Virus record (IMG/VR): IMGVR_UViG_3300038974_000844
Coordinates: 1 to 39,361 of that record
Length of the DNA: 39,361 nt
DNA from: a virus
Taxonomy: Duplodnaviria; Caudoviricetes
Reading direction: 5' to 3' (one strand)
In this document: one piece after another, positions 8,784 to 17,186 of the stretch
Position numbering within the stretch: the first letter of the stretch is position 1
Layout: each line of letters begins with the position of its first letter
Translations under genes and position numbers: made by a program
Notes under the pieces: generated by a model
Told to the model about the DNA's origin: nothing
Databases searched by the model: none
The model's input: only the letters and a program-made list of their open reading frames with translations

Positions 8784-9907
8784 TGACTAAGCTCGAAATT
8801 CTCTTGCAATATCCTTTGCGCAGAATCCGCGATAGCTGGATAGCGTTAGGGTCGTTAGAGATCACGGCTACTTCACGTATATATAATAAGGAACAGATAT
8901 ACAAGGTTAATAATCCATCAAGCAATTTGCATGGATATGTACTATTCTGCACTCAAGAGTATATTGGGAATGATTTAGCTTGGAGTAATGCTACCATAAC
9001 AGATGCTCAGTATGGAGAGATCTCTTTCGGTAATAATATTGTATCCCCTAATTTTACCATCATTCTTTCAGCTGATGAGTTTAACTCTATTACCGACCCT
9101 GTCGATCCTACATTTATTCCCTTTCAGGAAGAATTCCAACAAACAACTGATCTTATTATCGATGATGATGAGCTAAATATTATTCTCGCGGATATAGGTA
9201 TACCCTTTATTCGTTTTGATGAATTAGAATACTCGCGCCAAGACTTAGTTAATAATTTTATTAAGCCCGCTCTTCAGGAGTACTTTAAATGGTTTCCTAA
9301 GGTAGTAATACAATCGTATCCTATTACGTCTACTGCTGTTCATGAGCACGAATTTCCTACTGATGCATATAGCGTTGTGCATGTAGGTATTCAGCAGGGA
9401 ATAGCACAAGGAACTACATCTAATATTCTTCTCAGATATTTTGACGAGGTTATTTGGAGTAGTCAATCCCCTGTTACCGGGCATATGGGTGGAAGAAACT
9501 CTCCTCGAACGCACACAGGAAGCTGGGGTGCTATGATGCTTGATAGAGCAACGCGACAAGGTATGATTAACTACGCTTCTCGTGTGCACCACCAAGTCAT
9601 AGAAAAACATGGCAAGAAATATTTATCCACGTATACAAACAAAACTGGTCAGCTACAAGTTCATTATGCCGTTAAATCTAATAACTGGAATGATATAGAA
9701 TATGCGCGATTACCAGAAGCACGACGATTAGCTGGAGCGTATGTTATGAAGGGATTGGGAGCAATTAGATCTCAAGCCAAGAATGATATCCCTGGCTCGG
9801 TTGACTATTCTGAATGGATTAATCGTGCTGAAAAGATTCGTGAAGAAGTAATTACTGACTGGCAGAAGTTGGTGAAGTTCTCGGGTATTATACGAGGTTC
9901 CTTCTAA
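8783..9907 (+). CDS. Neck/head-completion protein (T4 gp13-like) with N-terminal extension
   Basis: IKPALQEYFKWFP and the C-terminal DYSEWINRAEKIREEVITDW resemble gp13-family blocks. Confidence 0.55.
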   Translation: MTKLEILLQYPLRRIRDSWIALGSLEITATSRIYNKEQIYKVNNPSSNLHGYVLFCTQEYIGNDLAWSNATITDAQYGEISFGNNIVSPNFTIILSADEFNSITDPVDPTFIPFQEEFQQTTDLIIDDDELNIILADIGIPFIRFDELEYSRQDLVNNFIKPALQEYFKWFPKVVIQSYPITSTAVHEHEFPTDAYSVVHVGIQQGIAQGTTSNILLRYFDEVIWSSQSPVTGHMGGRNSPRTHTGSWGAMMLDRATRQGMINYASRVHHQVIEKHGKKYLSTYTNKTGQLQVHYAVKSNNWNDIEYARLPEARRLAGAYVMKGLGAIRSQAKNDIPGSVDYSEWINRAEKIREEVITDWQKLVKFSGIIRGSF

Positions 9908-10182
9908 TAGACAAAACAATTAAAAGCATCGTAGGCAAAAGCCCTATCAAACCGCTCGTATGTGTAGTAACGCATTTGACCAATTGCTAATTATTATGCA
10001 CCCTTTGCTTTCGAGTTTCTTTTTCCGCGGTTGAAAGGGAATCATGATTCAATGCCAATTTTTTCAATTCCTTTTAAAATCTTTTTTTTCTTTTCTTTTT
10101 TTCTTTTACCATTTTTACCACCCTGTATCCACGGTATAAGAAAATAATTCAAATTCTAAAAAATTGCTTTTATATTATTTGC

Positions 10183-10779
10183 ATGTTGGAAATTAGGAAC
10201 ACAGAAGTATTTGGGTTATCTCGAGCGCTGGTTGCATCGGGTAATCCTATGAGAGTAGGTGAAATAGACACGCTTGATCCAGCAACTACTTTAGATGATG
10301 AACGTGCCAGAAAGCTATGCAAGATGCCTGATGGCTCAGGACACCTAAACTTTCTTTCAGGTATTACTGTAATGTTTGATGTAAAGTACTCGCAGTATTG
10401 GTCGATAGAATTCCAGCGATATCACTTTGCTCAAATCGTATCGTCTACTAGCAAGATGCATAGACTAGTTGCTCATGCTTCAACAGACGAGTTTGCCAAA
10501 AGCTTTAACAAATATGTAGATGACGATGCAATTAATCGCGTTCGCGACTATGTTACTATGTATAGTAATGCAGCTGATCCTGAAGAAAAGTATCACTATT
10601 TCATGAAGGCTCTTAGTAATCTACCTCTCGGATATGAGTTATGGATGACAATCAACACAAATTACTTGCAATTACGAACCATATATCATCAACGAAAAAA
10701 TCACAAATTAAAAGACGACTGGGGTTATTTCTGCAACTGGGTTGAGGAACTCCCTCTAGCTCGGATGCTGCTTCTCTAG
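10183..10779 (+). CDS. ThyX-like (flavin-dependent thymidylate synthase fold) protein, divergent phage type
   Basis: GSGHLNFL, EFQRYHF..IVSSTSKMH, LPLGY, TNYLQLRTIYHQRKNHKL. The canonical RHRx7S motif is diverged. Confidence 0.65.
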   Translation: MLEIRNTEVFGLSRALVASGNPMRVGEIDTLDPATTLDDERARKLCKMPDGSGHLNFLSGITVMFDVKYSQYWSIEFQRYHFAQIVSSTSKMHRLVAHASTDEFAKSFNKYVDDDAINRVRDYVTMYSNAADPEEKYHYFMKALSNLPLGYELWMTINTNYLQLRTIYHQRKNHKLKDDWGYFCNWVEELPLARMLLL

Positions 10780-10888
10780 CGGTAACACTAAATATTATGC
10801 TGCCTCGTATGAGGGGCTAACGACTGCTCTGTATAGAAAGTCATATCACAAACGGGCGCTTAAAGCGCAGTATTACAGGAGGTACAGT

Positions 10889-11326
10889 ATGTACGGCTAT
10901 GGTCACGGATACGATCGTCTTGTGGGAGCAAATTTCTTTGATGAAGTTAACAACATCTTCAAAGAGCTGGAGAAGAGTAGCTTCTCTTCGTACCAGGAAA
11001 ACTTTCCCCCAATGGACATGGTTCTGGATGAAGCCACAGGAAATCTAGAGCTCACCTTCGCTCTAGCAGGATTTACTAAGGAAGAGATCGATATTCAACT
11101 CGATGGAGACTTCCTAAAGATCTCTGGAAAGAAGGCAGAAAAAGAGAGACCTGAATCTCACAAGGTAGTACGAAGGGGTATTCGCAAGAGGGATTTCGAA
11201 TGCAAATACCAGCTACCAGCGAAATTCAATCTCGGGGATGCAAAGGCATCGTTTGAGGATGGACTTCTCTCACTACACATTCCTGTTCGTGAAGAATCAA
11301 AACCAAGAAAACTTCTTTTGAAGTAG
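10889..11326 (+). CDS. Small heat-shock protein (Hsp20/alpha-crystallin family)
   Basis: FPPMD, ALAGFTKEEIDI, RGIRKRDF, ASFEDGLLSLHIP. AGGAGG SD. Confidence 0.95.
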   Translation: MYGYGHGYDRLVGANFFDEVNNIFKELEKSSFSSYQENFPPMDMVLDEATGNLELTFALAGFTKEEIDIQLDGDFLKISGKKAEKERPESHKVVRRGIRKRDFECKYQLPAKFNLGDAKASFEDGLLSLHIPVREESKPRKLLLK

Positions 11327-11330
11327 CAAA

Positions 11331-11359
11331 TGAGAGTGGCTTCGGCCACTCTTTTTTTT
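11331..11359 (+). terminator. Intrinsic terminator after hsp20
   Basis: GAGTGGC-TTCG-GCCACTC followed by a T run. Confidence 0.92.
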
Positions 11360-11375
11360 ATGTACTAATTATAAT

Positions 11376-13709
11376 ATGCGTACACTGATAGAAGCGGAAA
11401 TTACTTCCGAAAAATTAACCCACATGACCCATACAGAGGATCTCTATCTATTTGGGGATACTGCAGGCGAATTCGCTGTTACAGCTCTTATGGATGTATC
11501 CAATGCTCTACACGGAGAAAAACACAATACCACTATTTCTCGCAAGTGGGATGGAGCTCCTAGCTGTGTGGCGGCTTCTGATTTTAATGGAGAAGCTTTT
11601 GTTGCTACAAAGGGATTCTTTGCAAAGGATCGCAAAATAGCCTACACAGAAGAAGATGTGGATACCTACTTTGGGCATGCTCCTGATCTTGCGCGCAAAA
11701 TGAAAAAGCTTCTTTCCTACGTATCTCTTATTAATATTCCTTCTGGAGAGATTTGGCAAGGTGATTTTCTATTTGATAGTGAGACAGTAAAGCTCGAAAC
11801 TATCAATGGTGAGAAAATGCTCACCTTCCATCCTAATACTATTATATATGCTATTCCTGTAACTGATCCTCTTGCACGAAGAATTTCTCGAGCAGATATT
11901 GGAGTAGCGTGGCACACCAAATACCAAGGTCGAGATTATAATTCTCTGCATATAGGTTTCGGAGTTAGTGTGGATGATCTCAATGATGTTCCTGGAGTGT
12001 TTCAGGTAGATAGTAAAATTCCTAATCTGCAAGAAGAAACTCTTTCTGACGATGAAAAAACTACAATACATATTCTCCTTCAAAATATACAAAGTCTCTT
12101 TGAAGAAGTAAAAGCTCTAGGAATACTAGAAACTATTTCTCACGATACAGCTCTACAAAAGTATCTTCTTACCTATCGTAACTTTCTCATTAAAACTAAG
12201 AATGTGGAGGAGGAAGACGAATTCGTCGATGGAATGATTTCCTGGGTATCAGATGCATTTGATAAGGAAATTACAAAGAAGAAGCAACAAGAGACACGTG
12301 ATGCCTATGAAGCAAAGAAGCAAGAAGAAATACAAAAAATTGAATCTCTACGCGAGGAAATTTCACGTGTAGTTTTACTACAAAACGAAACGCGCAAAGC
12401 AAAAGAATTTTTCGTAAAGAAATTAAATTCATTAGGTAATTTTAGGACATTGGTAAAGCATATTGACCAAGGATACCTGCCAACAGGGGAAGAAGGCTTC
12501 GCCATTAGTGATGCAGAAGGTAATATTCAAAAATTCGTATCCCGACTTGAATTCTCTAAAAATAATTTCTCACAGGAGATTGTAAAGGGCTGGATGAGTG
12601 ATGCTCGTATGAGGGAAAAGATTACTGTAGGAGATGTGCAAAGTTTTTTAGGGGGAATGGATCGTTTTTCAATAAAAAGTGCTCCTCAATCCCAAAGAAC
12701 CAAAGGAAATATTACGGTACTTGATAATGAAAATAATCGTGAAGAAGCTTTAATGCTAGCAAAAGATTTGGCCAGCAAGCAACTTCCTCTCGAAAATATT
12801 AGGAGGTCAAGAAGAGATCTCACCCTAGATGATGTAAATCTTATTTTTAAAAACGCTTCAACTTCCTCAGGCAATAAAGGAATACAGTTTGAGGAAGAGA
12901 TACTGAGTAAAATAGAAGAAGGGGATCGTTCTTATCCGGGAGTTGGGGGAGTGGAAAAAATTCTACAAAAGGAATTTAATTCTTCTCTCGAAGATATAGT
13001 TTCCGTAATTCCCTTGGGTGCGGCCAACACTAGAAGGCCCTTATCACTGTCTCAGCTAAAAAAAGGAACTTTAGTTTGCCTGCCTAAAGGAGTTACGGAT
13101 TTTAGAGACGGGGATGCTATAGCGGAGGCTTTAGCGGATGGGGCTTTGCAACTTAAGAATGGTCAGCATATTCCTCTCTCTATAAAACATTCTGAAAAGG
13201 TTTCTCTCATTAATGCCGGACTCTCTGCAGGGGTAAGAAACCCGGATCTAAGGCAGAATGAAGTTAAAAAAGATATCATAATAAATATCTGCGAAGCCTT
13301 AAGCCCTGAAATAGACACACAAAAAGTAATTCAAGGATTTATTGATTTTTATGAGAAAAGAGCTTCAATAAATTACGATTCCGAGCAGCAGCGACGCGGG
13401 TCTACTATTAATAAAATCCCTATAACTCTTAACCCCGATGTTTTTGCTAACCTATTAATATCCGCCACGGGCTTTAATTATATTATGATACATGATGAGC
13501 ATGTGTTTTATATGAAAAAGTCTTTGGTCGAAAAAATGGCTAGAATACGAGAAGCAACTGTGGCTTACCCAGATAGCACCAGGGGTCGGTTTGATCTTCA
13601 CTTTGAAGCGGTGGGCATGAAGGGAATAATCACTTTAAGGGACACCAACGCAGACGGGTGGGTTGATAAACTTCTTATAGAATATGATTCAAAGGGAATA
13701 TTAGTATAG
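11376..13709 (+). CDS. Fusion: N-terminal KxDG ligase-like nucleotidyltransferase domain (T4-like phage family, recalled as DUF6267) plus C-terminal restriction-endonuclease-like domain
   Basis: N half has HMTHTED, KWDGAPS, QGDFLF, FHPNTIIY, EEGF and KFVSRLEFS. C half has NKGIQFEEEI...ADGAL...PLSIK. Confidence 0.6.
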   Translation: MRTLIEAEITSEKLTHMTHTEDLYLFGDTAGEFAVTALMDVSNALHGEKHNTTISRKWDGAPSCVAASDFNGEAFVATKGFFAKDRKIAYTEEDVDTYFGHAPDLARKMKKLLSYVSLINIPSGEIWQGDFLFDSETVKLETINGEKMLTFHPNTIIYAIPVTDPLARRISRADIGVAWHTKYQGRDYNSLHIGFGVSVDDLNDVPGVFQVDSKIPNLQEETLSDDEKTTIHILLQNIQSLFEEVKALGILETISHDTALQKYLLTYRNFLIKTKNVEEEDEFVDGMISWVSDAFDKEITKKKQQETRDAYEAKKQEEIQKIESLREEISRVVLLQNETRKAKEFFVKKLNSLGNFRTLVKHIDQGYLPTGEEGFAISDAEGNIQKFVSRLEFSKNNFSQEIVKGWMSDARMREKITVGDVQSFLGGMDRFSIKSAPQSQRTKGNITVLDNENNREEALMLAKDLASKQLPLENIRRSRRDLTLDDVNLIFKNASTSSGNKGIQFEEEILSKIEEGDRSYPGVGGVEKILQKEFNSSLEDIVSVIPLGAANTRRPLSLSQLKKGTLVCLPKGVTDFRDGDAIAEALADGALQLKNGQHIPLSIKHSEKVSLINAGLSAGVRNPDLRQNEVKKDIIINICEALSPEIDTQKVIQGFIDFYEKRASINYDSEQQRRGSTINKIPITLNPDVFANLLISATGFNYIMIHDEHVFYMKKSLVEKMARIREATVAYPDSTRGRFDLHFEAVGMKGIITLRDTNADGWVDKLLIEYDSKGILV

Positions 13710-13716
13710 TTGAATG

Positions 13717-13736
13717 CTGATAGGATAACCTATCAG
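13717..13736 (+). promoter_or_regulatory. Perfect hairpin just upstream of the cytidyltransferase RBS
   Basis: CTGATAGG-ATAA-CCTATCAG, then TTTC GGAGG AAAA ATG. Confidence 0.6.
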
Positions 13737-13749
13737 TTTCGGAGGAAAA

Positions 13750-14409
13750 ATGAACAAAAAAAACAATATTTACAGGAGGTTATTGACCGAAGAAATTCAG
13801 CGAAATAAAACAGCTGCATTTGTCTTCGGTCGATGACGATTTAACCCTCCAACGATTGGGCATCTCAAACTTATAGAAACATTAGCCAAACAACCTGCGG
13901 ATGATCATTTTGTATACCTCTCTCACTCTCAGGATAATAAAAAGAATCCACTACCATACGATAAGAAACTATTCTACGTTAAAGAGTTTTTTGAGAAAAC
14001 CATTCCTAATGTACGGGTTGTTGAATCTGATTCCAAGACAGCAGTGCAAGTGCTCGGCGAATTGAATGGGAAATATGATTCTATTATCCTTGTGGCAGGT
14101 GGAGATCGCATAGAAGATTTCGACAGGCTTCTTAACGCATATAATGGTGTTCCTACTAAGACAGGGGAGATCCTGTATCAATTTGATTTCATTGACGTAG
14201 TGTCAGCAGGAGAACGAGACCCTGAAGCAGAGGGTATAGAAGGAATGAGCGCAAGCAAATTGCGGGCTTTTGCACAAGCGAATGAATTTGACAACTTTGC
14301 TCAAGGTATTCCTACAGATGATAAGGAATTAGCTCATAAATTATTTACTGATATTCGTGGAAATTTAGCTCATGTTCGGGAAAGCGCATTAGACCCCATA
14401 CAACGATAA
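13750..14409 (+). CDS. Cytidyltransferase-like (HIGH superfamily, NMNAT-like) protein interrupted by in-frame TGA at 13834-13836 (recoded gene or pseudogene)
   Basis: GGAGG then ATG 13750: MNKK...TAAFVFGR*RFNPPTIGHLKL...SHSQDNKKNPL...VAGGDR...SAGERDP...GMSASKLR. In frame with the tracked ORF 14044..14409. Confidence 0.88.
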
Positions 14410-14535
14410 GAGAAATCCCGCTCTCCTTGGAGAGCGTGAGGATTTGGAGGGCTCCGTACAGGATTTCACAAGATGCTTGAGCGGTACGGATATCGCTGTA
14501 CGGTTGACAACACTATTGAGGAAATAGAAAAACTC

Positions 14536-15231
14536 TTACATGACGTGAGCTGAGATTCTATTTCGTATTTCCAGCATTAAAAGATCAAACACATCCTCTG
14601 TCTTTGAATCAAGAAAATATTTCTTAAATGACGGAAACGTTAAGCGTGTTTTTGGTCTACGTAAACGCAATAGGAGATACACATAAAAGAGTAGCATCGT
14701 ATGATACGGAAGTACCTCTTCCGCCTCCTGCAATACTGTGCTTACTTCGTCCATCGATATATCAATTGTCTTCATAAGAAGATTAGCGGGATCGGACTCT
14801 GGGTTTTCATCTAACCAGGGAGGTACTGCTCCAAGCTTTTTAAATATATCAGCTACTTCTTGATTAGCATTATCCCCTATAACCAAATTTAACGATGTGG
14901 TAATATCCTCAGAAGCATCTCCGTAGAGTGCTTCCACAACCTTCCATTGTAATACTCCATGAAATGATGCACTTACTTTCCATCCGGGTTTCTTGTACTG
15001 GTTAAGCATAAGAATTGTAGCCTCAGTAGCTATCTCATCAATACGCTCAGGAGGAAGAAATATTTGCTTATTCTTCATCTTACGTAGCGTAATAGAGCGT
15101 GCATATGCTTTAAGCAGCAGGAAGAAGTCTTCTGGAATCTTGCGCTCAGGATCCTGTAATACTTGTTCCTGCAACGCCTCGAGAGCTACTTCTGTAGGGG
15201 GCTTAACTGTTGTTTTCTTTCTACGTGGCAT
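14536..15231 (-). CDS. Divergent sigma-factor-like protein (region 2 only; possible T4 gp55-type late sigma)
   Basis: Helical pattern LLKAYARSI...IDEIATEATILML...SFHGVLQWKV resembles sigma region 2, with no region 4 HTH. Likely start is MPRRKK at 15231. Confidence 0.45.
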   Translation of the reverse strand: MPRRKKTTVKPPTEVALEALQEQVLQDPERKIPEDFFLLLKAYARSITLRKMKNKQIFLPPERIDEIATEATILMLNQYKKPGWKVSASFHGVLQWKVVEALYGDASEDITTSLNLVIGDNANQEVADIFKKLGAVPPWLDENPESDPANLLMKTIDISMDEVSTVLQEAEEVLPYHTMLLFYVYLLLRLRRPKTRLTFPSFKKYFLDSKTEDVFDLLMLEIRNRISAHVM

Positions 15232-15232
15232 A

Positions 15233-16366
15233 CTACTCCGATAATTTAGCAAATACTACATCATACAAGCCAGCTATACTGCATGTAACCCCAGGGGCAT
15301 CCTGATCATAGAAGAAGGTTACATTCCCTTCATCTACGAGATTCACTGCTTTATTTACGAGCTTTAGTAATGTCTCAGATCCAATGATAAACTCCCCATC
15401 CTTATCCCCTGCAGTACCGAGATTCTTTGTAATTTCAGTTGTTGGATGCTTGTAATAGAGCGATGCTTCCTTGTGAGCCGTAATCAAGAATGTGATGGGC
15501 TTCCAAACAGATGCCTCATAAAATCCGTTAAAGAAGTTTAAGCAAACTTGTAGCTCTGTATGCGGAACTGTAAGCACTCCGATATCTTCTTGAGGACCGA
15601 TTGCTGCTAGTTCTTCTTCAGTAGGAAGATTAATCTCACACGGTTCCGAAACAAGAACCATCTGCGTACCCTGCTGATCATCCCATACAAGCACATCGAA
15701 GTTTTCAGCAAACGCTATTGTAGGATAAGAAGCATAGAGGTAAGGAAGCACCCCCGCTGTAAACTTGTGTAATATTATTCTATCTGAAATAGGAAGGGGA
15801 TCCTGTAATTGAGCCTTCAGCACAAGAGAGCGATCAGCATACATTACGTATGTAGGAAATAGAGCAATTGCATTGTTGTTGCCTACTGTGCTAAACATAG
15901 CTGCTGCGGTGGAAATAGCAGAAATTACCTGCTCGGTTAATATCATTTCCTGCTGAGTATCTTGTGTACGTGTACGATAATCAGAAATGTATGACTCTAT
16001 AATATCAATTTCAGGAGAGTTTTTCTCGCAAGGAATAATTCCCAGATTAATTACATCTGAACTTCCACTTCCAAATACCTTTACAAACTTATCAGTAACG
16101 CGTAGGGATACCTCCTTGTAGAAGGACAACTTAGAAAGAGCATTAACCCATTTGTTATAATCTATCTGAAAATATTTCTTAGCTCCTACGATCGTGTCAA
16201 TATAGAAGGTAGATGTAAGTGCTCCCTTCTGCCCATAAAAGAAAAACGAAAATCGTCCCTCTCCTATAGAAAAATATGTTTTAGTAAACGATTGTTGCAT
16301 ATAACTATATAGCTTGCTATACTTCTGCATCTCGTCTAGTTGTTCACGTATAATGGTAAATTCCAT
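15233..16366 (-). CDS. Putative DNA sliding clamp (beta-clamp-sized, 377 aa)
   Basis: Three repeated alpha/beta units, MYADRSLVL similar to the clamp ATDxxRL strand, replication context, AAGGAG SD. Confidence 0.5.
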   Translation of the reverse strand: MEFTIIREQLDEMQKYSKLYSYMQQSFTKTYFSIGEGRFSFFFYGQKGALTSTFYIDTIVGAKKYFQIDYNKWVNALSKLSFYKEVSLRVTDKFVKVFGSGSSDVINLGIIPCEKNSPEIDIIESYISDYRTRTQDTQQEMILTEQVISAISTAAAMFSTVGNNNAIALFPTYVMYADRSLVLKAQLQDPLPISDRIILHKFTAGVLPYLYASYPTIAFAENFDVLVWDDQQGTQMVLVSEPCEINLPTEEELAAIGPQEDIGVLTVPHTELQVCLNFFNGFYEASVWKPITFLITAHKEASLYYKHPTTEITKNLGTAGDKDGEFIIGSETLLKLVNKAVNLVDEGNVTFFYDQDAPGVTCSIAGLYDVVFAKLSE

Positions 16367-16495
16367 AATATCTCCTTCAATATATGCATCTATTATTAAT
16401 ATACAGAAGGTATGTAAAAAGTTGAAACAGCTGATTGCCTTCTCACGCTCTTTATCTTATATTATCTGCGTAGGAATATATGCAAAGGAGAACAC

Positions 16496-17155
16496 ATGCC
16501 TATGAATGATCGCGACATACTTATCTCATTAAAATCAAATCCGCCAGATGAGGAGCGTAAATATCTGGAAAACATTCTTTGGGTGCGATACCAACGGCTC
16601 ATTCACAAGAACTGGGGTATTCTAAAACGACAAATGAATAATTCAAGTCAAATACTAGCAAAGGAGGATGATTACTTTTCAGATGCATACATTGCTATGA
16701 AGAAATGCATCACAGCTATTGATATCTCAAAAATAGAGAATGATAACTGGAAGTTTGTAGGGTATTATCGCTTCTACCTAAGAAATGTGCGTTCTCATAT
16801 TATTACTACGATTAATAAAGAGTATCACAATGAGTGTAGCCTAACTATTGAATCGGATGATCAACGTGAGGTCTCTCTTGTGGACTTGATGGTATCACAT
16901 AGTAAAGAACTAGCTAATCAAAACGATCCAGCTGAAATTGTTGTGCATACCGAAGAGCAGCGTGTATGCGATCTTGCTGTAGCATCTTGCATGCAAAGCT
17001 GGAATGATATTCGTAGGCAAATATTCTCTCTTAGAGAAGAGGGTATTCCGAAGAAGAAAATAGCGGACCGGTTGCAGGTACACCCAGCAACGGTTACCTA
17101 CTATATGAAGGGAATGCGTGCTGATATAGAGAAGGCGCTTCTGCACTACAAGTAA
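16496..17155 (+). CDS. RNA polymerase sigma-70 family factor
   Basis: Region 2-like RYQRLIHK...DDYFSDAYIAMKKCITAID...KFVGY; region 4 HTH RRQIFSLREEGIPKKKIADRLQVHPATV. AAGGAG SD. Confidence 0.85.
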   Translation: MPMNDRDILISLKSNPPDEERKYLENILWVRYQRLIHKNWGILKRQMNNSSQILAKEDDYFSDAYIAMKKCITAIDISKIENDNWKFVGYYRFYLRNVRSHIITTINKEYHNECSLTIESDDQREVSLVDLMVSHSKELANQNDPAEIVVHTEEQRVCDLAVASCMQSWNDIRRQIFSLREEGIPKKKIADRLQVHPATVTYYMKGMRADIEKALLHYK

Positions 17156-17185
17156 AAAATAGCCACCAGAAATGGTGGCTTTTTT
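17155..17185. terminator. Bidirectional terminator between convergent sigma and nrdJ-C genes
   Basis: AAAAAT-AGCCACCA-GAAA-TGGTGGCT-TTTTT. Confidence 0.88.
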
Positions 17186-17186
17186 A

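Noticed and set aside
9908-10140. Pyrimidine-rich intergenic tract, possible ncRNA or endonuclease remnant
   Set aside because: No sustained ORF, recognisable motif or convincing fold.
10804-12615. 12-nt match CTCGTATGAGGG at about 10804 and 12604 (near the ligase/nuclease junction)
   Set aside because: A single 12-mer match is plausible by chance in 39 kb, and there is no other sign of a recombination site.
12600-13750. Group I intron carrying the nuclease domain
   Set aside because: No non-coding space for a ribozyme core and no recognisable P7 or terminal elements; the domain is simply fused in frame.
13834-13836. Genome-wide TGA reassignment or selenocysteine as the explanation for the in-frame stop
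   Set aside because: TGA ends genes normally at 3716, 26387, 27518, 33986 and 36466, and TAG also acts as a stop. Readthrough would add two residues to a conserved motif, and there is no convincing SECIS downstream.
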